Shown here piece by piece: positions 52,687-64,000 of a DNA stretch of 64,000 bases. The notes beneath the pieces were generated by a model. The model saw nothing but the letters and a program-made list of their open reading frames with translations, ran no database searches and was not told where the DNA came from. A program made the translations under genes and the position numbers. Source of the DNA: Eledone cirrhosa (lineage: Eukaryota); the NCBI GenBank assembly GCA_964016885.1, contig OZ024756.1:9114001-9178000 (forward strand). The letters are read 5' to 3'. The first letter of the stretch is position 1, and every line of letters starts with the position of its first letter.

Positions 52687-53482
52687 CCTGGAGAGGAGAT
52701 GGGCTCTGCCATATCTAGAAATGTCCTGGAGAGGAGATGGGCTCTGCCATGTCTAGAAATGCCCTAGAAAGGAGATGGGCTCTGCCATATCTAGAAATGC
52801 CCTGGAGAGGAGATGGGCTCTGCCATGTCTAGAAATGCCCTACAGAGGAGATGGGCTCTGCTATGTCTAGAAATGCCCTGGAGAGGAGATGGGCTCTGCC
52901 ATGTCTAGAAATGCCCTGGAGAGGAGATGGGTTCTGCCATGTCTAGAAATGCCCTGGAGAGGAGATGGGTTCTGCCATGTCTAGAAATGCCCTAGAGAGG
53001 AGATGGGCTCTGCCATGTCTAGAAATGCCCTAGAGAGGAGATGGGCTCTGCCATGTCTAGAAATGCCCTAGAGAGGAGATGGGCTCTGCCATGTCTAGAA
53101 ATGCCCTAGAGAGGAGATGGGCTCTGCCATGTCTGGAAATGCCCTAGAGAGGAGATGGGTTCTGCCATGTCTAGAAATGCCCTAGAGAGGAGATGGGCTC
53201 TGCCATGTCTAGAAATGCCCTAGAGAGGAGATGGGCTCTGCCATGTCTAGAAATGCCCTAGAGAGGAGATGGGCTCTGCCATGTCTAGAAATGCCCTAGA
53301 GAGGAGATGGGCTCTGCCATGTCTGGAAATGCCCTAGAGAGGAGATGGGCTCTGCCATGTCTAGAGATGCCCTGGAGAGATGGGCTCTGCCATGTCTAGA
53401 AATGCCCTGGAGAAGAGATGGGCTCTGCCATGTCTAGAAATGCCCTAGAAAGGAGATGGGCTCTGCCATGTCTAGAAATGCC
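52687..53482. repeat. 38-bp tandem array, ~21 copies
   Basis: Unit CCTAGAGAGGAGATGGGCTCTGCCATGTCTAGAAATGC. Confidence 0.96.
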
Positions 53483-53658
53483 AATACAATGTCAATACAG
53501 TGTCCCTATGACTCCCTCAGGAGTTATAGGACCATACATACAAATAAATGACTTACTGTCTCCATAGTAGCTTATGTTTCTAAACACAAGTCAGACATGA
53601 AAAGTTATATGAGAATAGCTTTAATTCTTTTTCACAACTTTACTATATTCATTCTTAA

Positions 53659-56600
53659 CCTGTTGACTGCTGAGTATATTTTACACAGCTACAGCTGCTG
53701 TGTTGACTGCTGTGTATATTTTACACAGCTACAGCTGCTGTGTTGACTGCTGTGTATATTTTACACAGCTACAGTTGCTGTGTTGACTGCTGTGTATATT
53801 TTACACAGCTACATCTACTGTGTTGACTGCTGTGTATATTTTACACAGTTACAGTTGCTGTGTTGACTGCTGAGTATATTTTACACAGCTACAGCTGCTG
53901 TGTATATTTTACACAGCTACAGTTGCTGTGTTGACTGCTGTGTATATTTTACACAGTTACAGTTGCTGTGTTGACTGCTGTGTATATTTTACACAGCTAC
54001 AGTTGCTGTGTTGGCTGCTGAGTATATTTTACACAGCTACAGCTGCTGTGTTGACTGCTGTGTATATATTACACAGCTACAGTTGCTGTGTTGACTGCTG
54101 TGTATATTTTACACAGTTACAGTTGCTGTGTATATTTTACACAGCTACAGCTGCTGTGTTGACTGCTGTGTATATTTTACACAGCTACAGCTGCTGTGTA
54201 TATTTTACACAGCTACAGTTGCTGTGTTGACTGTGGTGTATATTTTACACAGCTACAGTTGCTGTGTTGACTGCTGAGTATATTTTACACAGTTACAGTT
54301 GCTGTGTTGACTGTTGTGTATATTTTACACAGCTACAGTTGCTGTTGACTGCTGAGTATATTTTACACAGCTACAGTTGCTGTGTTGACTGCTGAGTATA
54401 TTTTACACAGTAACAGTTGCTGTGTTGACTGTTGTGTATATTTTACACAGCTACAGTTGCTGTGTTGACTGCTGAGTATATTTTACACAGCTACAGTTGC
54501 TGTGTTGACTGCTGAGTATATTTTACACAGCTACAGCTGCTGTGTTGACTGCTGCATATATTTTACACAGTAACAGTTGCTGTGTTGACTGCTGTGTATA
54601 TTTTACACAGTAACAGTTGCTGTGTTGACTGCTGTGTATATTTTACACAGCTACAGTTGCGGTGTTGACTGCTGAGTATATTTTACACAGCTACAGTTGC
54701 TGTGTTGACTGCTGAGTATATTTTACACAGTTACAGCTGCTGTGTTGACTGCTGTGTATATTTTACACAGCTACAGCTGCTGTGTATATTTTACACAGCT
54801 ACAGTTGCTGTGTTGACTGCTGAGTATATTTTACACAGCTACAGTTGCTGTGTTGACTGCTGTGTATATTTTACACAGCTACAGCTGCTGTGTTGACCGC
54901 TGTGTATATTTTACACAGTTACAGTTGCTGTGTTGACTACTGAGTATATTTTACACAGCTACAGCTACTGTGTTGACTGCTGTGTATATTTTACATAGCT
55001 ACAGCTGCTGTGTATATTTTACACAGCTACAGTTGCTGTGTTGACTGCTGTGTATATTTTACACAGCTACAGTTGCTGTGTTGGCTGCTGAGTATATTTT
55101 ACACAGCTACAGCTGCTGTGTTGACTGCTGTGTATATTTTACACAGCTACATCTACTGTGTTGACTGCTGTGTATATTTTACACAGTTACAGTTGCTGTG
55201 TTGACTGCTGAGTATATTTTACACAGCTACAGCTGCTGTGTATATTTTACACAGCTACAGTTGCTGTGTTGACTGTGGTGTATATTTTACACAGCTACAG
55301 TTGCTGTGTTGACTGCTGAGTATATTTTACACAGTTACAGTTGCTGTGTTGACTGTTGTGTATATTTTACACAGCTACAGTTGCTGTTGACTGCTGAGTA
55401 TATTTTACACAGCTACAGTTGCTGTGTTGACTGCTGAGTATATTTTACACAGTAACAGTTGCTGTGTTGACTGTTGTGTATATTTTACACAGCTACAGTT
55501 GCTGTGTTGACTGCTGAGTATATTTTACACAGCTACAGTTGCTGTGTTGACTGCTGAGTATATTTTACACAGCTACAGCTGCTGTGTTGACTGCTGCATA
55601 TATTTTACACAGTAACAGTTGCTGTGTTGACTGCTGTGTATATTTTACACAGTAACAGTTGCTGTGTTGACTGCTGTGTATATTTTACACAGCTACAGTT
55701 GCGGTGTTGACTGCTGAGTATATTTTACACAGCTACAGTTGCTGTGTTGACTGCTGAGTATATTTTACACAGTTACAGCTGCTGTGTTGACTGCTGTGTA
55801 TATTTTACACAGCTACAGCTGCTGTGTATATTTTACACAGCTACAGTTGCTGTGTTGACTGCTGAGTATATTTTACACAGCTACAGTTGCTGTGTTGACT
55901 GCTGTGTATATTTTACACAGCTACAGCTGCTGTGTTGACCGCTGTGTATATTTTACACAGTTACAGTTGCTGTGTTGACTACTGAGTATATTTTACACAG
56001 CTACAGCTACTGTGTTGACTGCTGTGTATATTTTACATAGCTACAGCTGCTGTGTATATTTTACACAGCTACAGTTGCTGTGTTGACTGCTGTGTATATT
56101 TTACACAGCTACAGTTGCTGTGTTGGCTGCTGAGTATATTTTACACAGCTACAGCTGCTGTGTTGACTGCTGTGTATATTTTACACAGCTACAGCTGCTG
56201 TGTATATTTTACACAGCTACAGTTGCTGTGTATATTTTACACAGCTACAGTTGCTGTGTTGACTGCTGTGTATATTTTACACAGTTACAGTTGCTGTGTT
56301 GACTGCTGAGTATATTTTACACAGCTACAGTTGCTGTGTTGACTGCTGAGTATATTTTACACAGCTACAGCTGCTGTGTTGACTGCTGCATATATTTTAC
56401 ACAGTAACAGTTGCTGTGTTGACTGCTGTGTATATTTTACACAGCTACAGTTGCTGTGTTGACTGCTGAGTATATTTTACACAGCTACAGTTGCTGTGTT
56501 GACTGCTGAGTATATTTTACACAGCTACAGCTGCTGTGTTGACTGCTGTGTATATTTTACACAGCTACAGTTGCTGTGTTGACTGCTGTGTATATTTTAC

Positions 56601-59600
56601 ACAGCTACAGCTGCTGTGTTGACTGCTGTGTATATTTTACACAGCTACAGTTGCTGTGTTGACTGCTGTGTATATTTTACACAGCTACAGCTGCTGTGTT
56701 AACTGCTGTGTATATTTTACACAGTTACAGTTGCTGTGTTGACTGCTGAGTATATTTTACACAGCTACAGCTGCTGTGTTGACTGCTGTGTATATTTTAC
56801 ACAGCTACAGCTGCTGTGTTGACTGCTGTGTATATTTTACACAGCTACAGCTGCTGTGTTGACTGCTGTGTATATTTTACACTGCTACAGTTGCTGCGTT
56901 GACAGCAGTGTATATTTTACACAGTTACAGTTGCTGCGTTGACAGCAGTGTATATTTTACACAGTTACAGTTGCTGTGTATATTTTACACAACTACAGTT
57001 GCTGTGTTGGCTGCTGAGTATATTTTACACAGCTACAGCTGCTGTGTTGACTGCTGTGTATATTTTACACAGCTACAGTTGCTGTGTTGACTGCTGTGTA
57101 TATTTTACACCGCTACAGTTGCTGCGTTGACAGCAGTGTATATTTTACACAGTTACAGTTGCTGTGTATATTTTACACAGCTACAGTTGCTGTGTTGGCT
57201 GCTGAGTATATTTTACACAGCTACAGCTGCTGTGTTGAATGCTGTGTATATTTTACACAGCTACAGCTGCTGTGTATATTTTACACAGCTACAGTTGCTG
57301 TGTTGACTGCTGTGTATATTTTACACCGCTACAGTTGCTGCGTTGACAGCAGTGTATATTTTACACAGTTACAGTTGCTGTGTTGACTGCTGTGTATATT
57401 TTACACAGCTACAGTTGTTGTGTTGGCTGCTGGGTATATTTTACATAGCTACAGCTGCTGTGTTGACTGCTGTGTATATTTTACACAGCTACAGTTGCTG
57501 TGTTGACTGTTGTGTATATTTTACACAGCTACAGTTGCTGTGTTGACTGCTGAGTATATTTTACACAGCTACAGTTGCTGTGTTGACTGCTGAGTATATT
57601 TTACACAGCTACAGTTGCTGTGTTGACTGCTGAGTATATTTTACACAGCTACAGCTGCTGTGTTGATTGCTGTGTATATTTTACACAGCTACAGCTGCTG
57701 TGTTGACTGCTGTGTATATTTTACACAGCTACAGCTGCTGTGTTGACTGCTGTGTATATTTTACACAGTTACAGTTGCTGTGTTGACTGCTGAGTATATT
57801 TTACACAGCTACAGCTGCTGTGTATATTTTATACAGCTACAGCTGCTGTGTTGACTGCTGTGTATATTTTACACAGCTACAGTTGCTGTGTATATTTTAC
57901 ACCGCTACAGTTGCTGCGTTGACAGCAGTGTATATTTTACACAGTTACAGTTGCTGTGTTGACTGCTGTGTATATTTTACACAGCTACAGGTTGCTGTGT
58001 TGGCTGCTGAGTATATTTTGCACAGCTACAGCTGCTGTGTTGACTGCTGTGTATATTTTACACAGCTACAGCTGCTGTGTATATTTTACACAGCTACAGT
58101 TGCTGTGTATATTTTACACAGCTACAGTTGCTGTGTTGACTGCTGTGTATATTTTACACAGTTAGAGTTGCTGTGTTGACTGCTGAGTATATTTTACACA
58201 GCTACAGTTGCTGTGTTGACTGCTGAGTATATTTTACACAGCTACAGTTGCTGTGTTGACTGCTGAGTATATTTTACACAGCTACAGCTGCTGTGTTGAC
58301 TGCTGTGTATATTTTACACAGCTACAGTTGCTGTGCTGACTGCTGTGTATATTTTACACAGCTACAGCTGCTGTGTATATTTTACACAGCTACAGCTGCT
58401 GTGTTGACTGCTGTGTATATTTTACACAGCTACAGTTGCTGTGTTGACTGCTGTGTATATTTTACACAGCTACAGCTGCTGTGTTGACTGCTGTGTATAT
58501 TTTACACAGTTACAGTTGCTGTGTTGACTGCTGAGTATATTTTACACAGCTACAGCTGCTGTGTTGACTGCTGTGTATATTTTACACAGCTACAGCTGCT
58601 GTGTTGACTGCTGTGTATATTTTACACAGCTACAGCTGCTGTGTTGACTGCTGTGTATATTTTACACCGCTACAGTTGCTGCGTTGACAGCAGTGTATAT
58701 TTTACACAGTTACAGTTGCTGCGTTGACAGCAGTGTATATTTTACACAGTTACAGTTGCTGTGTATATTTTACACAACTACAGTTGCTGTGTTGGCTGCT
58801 GAGTATATTTTACACAGCTACAGCTGCTGTGTTGACTGCTGTGTATATTTTACACAGCTACAGTTGCTGTGTTGACTGCTGTGTATATTTTACACCGCTA
58901 CAGTTGCTGCGTTGACAGCAGTGTATATTTTACACAGTTACAGTTGCTGTGTTGGCTGCTGAGTATATTTTACACAGCTACAGCTGCTGTGTTGAATGCT
59001 GTGTATATTTTACACAGCTACAGTGTATATTTTACACAGCTACAGTTGCTGTGTTGACCGCTGTGTATATTTAACACAGCTACAGTTGCTGTGTTGACTG
59101 CTGAGTATATTTTACACAGCTACAGTTGCTGTGTTGACTGCTGAGTATATTTTACACAGCTACAGCTGCTGTGTTGACTGCTGCATATATTTTACACAGT
59201 AACAGTTGCTGTGTATATTTTACACAGTAAAAGTTGCTGTGTTGACTGCTGTGTATATTTTACACAGCTAGTTGCTGTGTTGACTGCTGAGTATATTTTA
59301 CACAGCTACAGTTGCTGTGTTGACTGCTGAGTATATTTTACACAGCTACAGCTGCTGTGTTGACTGCTGTGTATATTTTACACAGCTACAGCTGCTGTGT
59401 ATATTTTACACAGCTACAGTTGCTGTGTTGACTGCTGTGTATATTTTACACAGCTACAGCTGCTGTGTATATTTTACACAGCTACAGTTGCTGTGTTGAC
59501 TGCTGTGTATATTTTACACCGCTACAGTTGCTGCGTTGACAGCAGTGTATATTTTACACAGTTACAGTTGCTGTGTATATTTTACACAGCTACAGCTGCT

Positions 59601-62600
59601 GTGTTGACTGCTGCATATATTTTACACAGTAACAGTTGCTGTGTTGACTGCTGTGTATATTTTACACAGTAACAGTTTCTGTGTTGACTGCTGAGTATAT
59701 TTTACACAGCTACAGTTGCTGTGTTGACTGCTGAGTATATTTTACACAGCTACAGCTGCTGTGTATATTTTACACAGCTACAGTTGGTGTTGACTGCTGT
59801 GTATATTTTACACAGCTACAGCTGCTGTGTATATTTTACACAGCTACAGTTGCTGTGTTGACTGCTGTGCATATTTTACACAGCTACAGCTGCTGTGTGG
59901 ACTGCTGTGTATATTTTACACAGTTACAGTTGCTGTGTTGACTGCTGAGTATATCTTACACAGCTACAGCTGCTGTGTTGACTGCTGTGTATATTTTACA
60001 CCGCTACAGTTGCTGCGTTGACAGCAGTGTATATTTTACACAGTTACAGTTGCTGTGTATATTTTACACAACTACAGTTGCTGTGTTGGCTGCTGAGTAT
60101 ATTTTACACACCTACAGCTGCTGTGTTGACTGCTGTGTATATTTTACACAGTTACAGTTGCTGTGTTGACTGCTGAGTATATTTTACACAGCTACAGCTG
60201 CTGTGTTGACTGCTGTGTATATTTTACACAGCTACAGCTGCTGTGTATATTTTACACAGCTACAGCTGCTGTGTTGACTGCTGTGTATATTTTACACCGC
60301 TACAGTTGCTGCGTTGACAGCAGTGTATATTTTACACAGTTACAGTTGCTGTGTATATTTTACACAGCTACAGTTGCTGTGTTGGTTGCTGAGTATATTT
60401 TACACAGCTACAGCTGCTGTGTATATTTTACACAGCTACAGTGTATATTTTACACAGCTACAGTTGCTGTGTTGACTGCTGTGTATATTTTACACAGCTA
60501 CAGTTGCTGTGTTGACTGCTGAGTATATTTTACACAGCTACAGTTGCTGTGTTGACTGCTGAGTATATTTTACACAGCTACAGCTGCTGTGTTGACTGCT
60601 GCATATATTTTACACAGTAACAGTTGCTGTGTATATTTTACACAGCTACAGTTGCTGTGTTGACTGCTGAGTATATTTTACACAGCTACAGTTGCTGTGT
60701 TGACTGCTGAGTATATTTTACACAGCTACAGCTGCTGTGTATATTTTACACAGCTACAGCTGCTGTGTATATTTTACACAGCTACAGTTGCTGTGTTGAC
60801 TGCTGTGTATATTTTACACAGCTACAGCTGCTGTGTTGACTGCTGTGTATATTTTACACAGCTACAGTTGCTGTGTTGACTGCTGTGTATATTTTACACC
60901 GCTACAGTTGCTGCGTTGACAGCAGTGTATATTTTACACAGTTACAGTTGTTGTGTTGACTGCTGTGTATATTTTACACAGCTACAGTTGCTGTGTTGGC
61001 TGCTGAGTATATTTTACACAGCTACAGCTGCTGTGTTGACTGCTGTGTATATGTTACACAGCTACAGCGTATATTTTACACAGCTACAGTTGCTGTTTTG
61101 ACTGCTGTGTATATTTTACACAGCTACAGTTGCTGTTTTGACTGCTGTGTATATTTTACACAGCTACAGTTGCTGTGTTGACTGCTGAGTATATTTTACA
61201 CAGTTACAGTTGCTGTGTTGACTGCTGAGTATATTTTACACAGCTTCAGTTGCTGTGTTGACTGCTGAGTATATTTTACACAGCTACAGCTGCTGTGTTG
61301 ACTGCTGCATATATTTTACACAGTAACAGTTGCTGTGTATATTTTACACAGTAACAGTTGCTGTGTTGACTGCTGTGTATATTTTACACAGCTACAGTTG
61401 CTGTGTTGACTGCTGAGTATATTTTGCACAGCTACAGCTGCTGTGTTGACTGCTGTGTATATTTTACACAGCTACAGTTGCTGTGTTGACTGCTGAGTAT
61501 ATTTTACACAGCTACAGCTGCTGTGTTGACTGCTGTGTATATTTTACACAGCTACAGCTGCTGTGTATATTTTACACAGCTACAGTTGCTGTGTTGACTG
61601 CTGTGTATATTTTACACAGTTACAGTTGCTGTGTTGACTGCTGAGTATATTTTACACAGCTACAGCTGCTGTGTTGACTGCTGTGTATATTTTACACAGC
61701 TACAGCTGCTGTGTATATTTTACACCGCTACAGTTGCTGCGTTGACAGCAGTGTATATTTTACACAGTTACAGTTGCTGTGTATATTTTACACAGCTACA
61801 GTTGCTGTGTTGGCTGCTGAGTATATTTTACACAGCTACAGCTGCTGTGTATATTTTACACAGCTACAGCTGCTGTGCATATTTTACACAGCTACAGTTG
61901 CTGTGTTGACTGCTGCGTATATTTTACACAGCTACAGTTGCTGTGTTGACTGCTGAGTATATTTTACACAGTTACAGTGTTGACTGCTGAGTATATTTTA
62001 CACAGCTACAGTTGCTGTGTTGACTGCTGAGTATATTTTACACAGCTACAGCTGCTGTGTTGACTGCTGCATATATTTTACACAGCTACAGTTGCTGTGT
62101 TGACTGCTGTGTATATTTTACACAGTAACAGTTGCTGTGTTGACTGCTGTGTATATTTTACACAGCTACAGTTGCTGTGTTGACTGCTGAGTATATTTTA
62201 CACAGCTACAGTTGCTGTGTTGACTGCTGAGTATATTTTACACAACTACAGTTGCTGTGTTGACTGCTGCATATATTTTACACAGCTACAGTTGCTGTGT
62301 TGACTGCTGCATATATTTACACAGCTACAGTCGCTGTGTTGACTGCTGCATATATTTTACACAGCTACAGTCGCTGTGTTGACTGCTGCATATATTTTAC
62401 ACAGTAACAGTTGTTTTGCCGTTTTTTTTTCAGTAAAATGACTATTTTTTTTAAACAAACATTTATTAACAACACATATCTGAATGATTGACAAACGTCA
62501 CATCAATAAACTAGTAATGCCATCTAGCTGTGAAGTTATGAACTGTTGGTAACGAGTGGAAACATGTTAGGAATAGTTATCTCGTCTATGGCACTGCAAT

Positions 62601-62684
62601 GCATACATGTTAGGACAAAATTATCTCGTCTGTGAGACTGGAATACATACATGTTAGTACATCTCATCTACAACACTAAAGGGG
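53659..62684 (+). mobile_element. piggyBac-like MITE inflated to 9 kb by a 40-bp satellite
   Basis: TTAA|CCTGTTGACTGC start, AAAGGGG|TTAA end; unique 3' part 62420-62598 matches 34368-34540. Confidence 0.8.
53661..62415. repeat. 40-bp satellite (28-bp deletion variants), ~8.7 kb, more than 200 units
   Basis: Unit TGTTGACTGCTG(T/A)GTATATTTTACACAGCTACAG(T/C)TGCTG. Confidence 0.98.
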
Positions 62685-62765
62685 TTAATCACTATCCCTA
62701 ATTCACCAAGGTTTTATTTATTTATACTTAAATTTCAAATTACCATAATTTTGTATTTTAATTGA

Positions 62766-63103
62766 TGGAGGCACATGGCTTAGTGGTTAGAGCATTGGCC
62801 TTGCAATCGAAAGATTGTGAGTTCAATTCTCAGACCGGGTGATGTGTTGTTTCCTTGAGCAAGATACTTTATTTCACATTGCTCCAGTTTACTCAGCTGT
62901 AGAAATGAGATGATAGGGACTGGGGTCCCTATAATTCCACTGCAAAGTGGTCGTGGAGATGCCACGGCAAAAAAGCACCCAGCACTCACTGTAAATGAGG
63001 TTGGTGTTAGGAAGGGCATCCAGCTGTAGAAATCAAGCCAGAATCAGTTCCCGCCCACCCTTGCAAGCAGGGAAAAAGCAGACGTAAAATGAAATGAAAT
63101 GAA
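62766..63103 (+). mobile_element. Family A SINE head with RTE-derived tail
   Basis: tRNA head and CORE-like body; tail CCACCCTTGCAAGCAGGGAAAAAGCAGACGTAAAATGAAATGAA. Confidence 0.85.
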
Positions 63104-63342
63104 TTAATTCTTATTCTCCTGTGGTACGTGTGGTACTTGATTCCAAATAAGATAAATACATTCCTCAACCCATTATATTTTTTCTATACCTCAATATCCT
63201 GTACCACATGAAACTGCATTAGAAAAAGAGATTCTTGTAAAAGTATAAAACTGAACAGGTAGGAAAATGAGAAATGGTGCCACTCATGCCTTAAAGCCTT
63301 TCCTGTATTTCTAATCAAATAAACTCTATTTCAAATAATTAA

Positions 63343-63447
63343 TTGTTTCTACTTTTGGCACAAGGCCAGCAAGTACCCAGTGTATTACTGGTACTTTATT
63401 TTATCAACCCCATAAGAATGAAAGGCAAAGTTAACCTCGGCGGGATT
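63343..63447 (-). mobile_element. SINE B 3' half
   Basis: Reverse complement of core and tail. Confidence 0.8.
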
Positions 63448-63629
63448 TAATGAAGAATTTTGAGTGATTTACTAAAATTATTAATTATTTCATTACTGGA
63501 CTTCTGGTGTCCTTGGCCCTAGGGCTACCTCCCTACTACCATAGGCGCAGAGCTGGTCAGCCTTGCAAACTGGAATGGCTCTTCCAGCACATCTCCCTCA
63601 CCATCTTCCGGGGAAACACCTTCTCTATT

Positions 63630-63957
63630 CTGTTCCCGTGGTGTGGCCTGTGTGTGGAACCCTATTTCCTACTACATCTATAGACTTGAGTGTTCCCGGG
63701 GCCGTGGGGTGGCCTGTGTATGGAACCCTATTTCCTACTACATCTATAGACTTGAGTGTTCCCCGGGGCCGTGGTGTGGCCTGTGTGTGGAACCCTATTT
63801 CCTACTACATCTATAGACTTGAGTGTTCCCCGGGGCCGTGGTGTGGCCTTTGTATGGAACCCTATTTCCTACTACATCTATAGACTTGAGTGTTCCCCGG
63901 GGCCGTGGTGTGGCCTTTGTGTGGAACCCTATTTCCTACTACATCTATAGACTTGAG
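63630..63957. repeat. 66/67-bp tandem array, 5 copies
   Basis: Unit CCGTGGTGTGGCCTGTGTGTGGAACCCTATTTCCTACTACATCTATAGACTTGAGTGTTCCCCGGGG. Confidence 0.93.
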
Positions 63958-64000
63958 TAACTTAATGTAAGATTCATATATAAAATTATATAAAAGATTT

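Overview
This is repeat-saturated animal genomic DNA. The SINE families, RTE LINEs with (CAT/GAT)n tails, TTAA-MITEs and long TA/CA microsatellites suggest a coleoid cephalopod such as an octopus; that is inference, as no search was run. Only one host gene is supportable: CYHR1/ZFTRAF1 on the minus strand, with coding exons at 27302-27084 and 2215-1977 separated by a 24.9 kb intron, and the gene continuing left of the window. The rest is mobile DNA and tandem repeats: Tx1/L1, CR1 and two RTE LINE copies, two tRNA-SINE families, a non-autonomous Helitron, several MITE types, a 5S rRNA-derived element and about 20 tandem arrays. Nearly all long ORFs in the track are repeat artefacts. The most notable observations are: (1) a hammerhead-ribozyme-like motif inside a perfect ~155 bp inverted repeat, typical of Penelope-like elements; (2) a 5S-headed SINE-like element with a hairpin and A-rich tail; (3) satellites repeatedly grown from TE segments, with unexpanded and expanded copies side by side (8 units versus ~8.7 kb); (4) long foldbacks inside the intron; (5) a stop codon at the exon-2 donor followed by a repeat-free tract. 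No novel protein-coding system is supported. Repeat boundaries were read by eye and are approximate.
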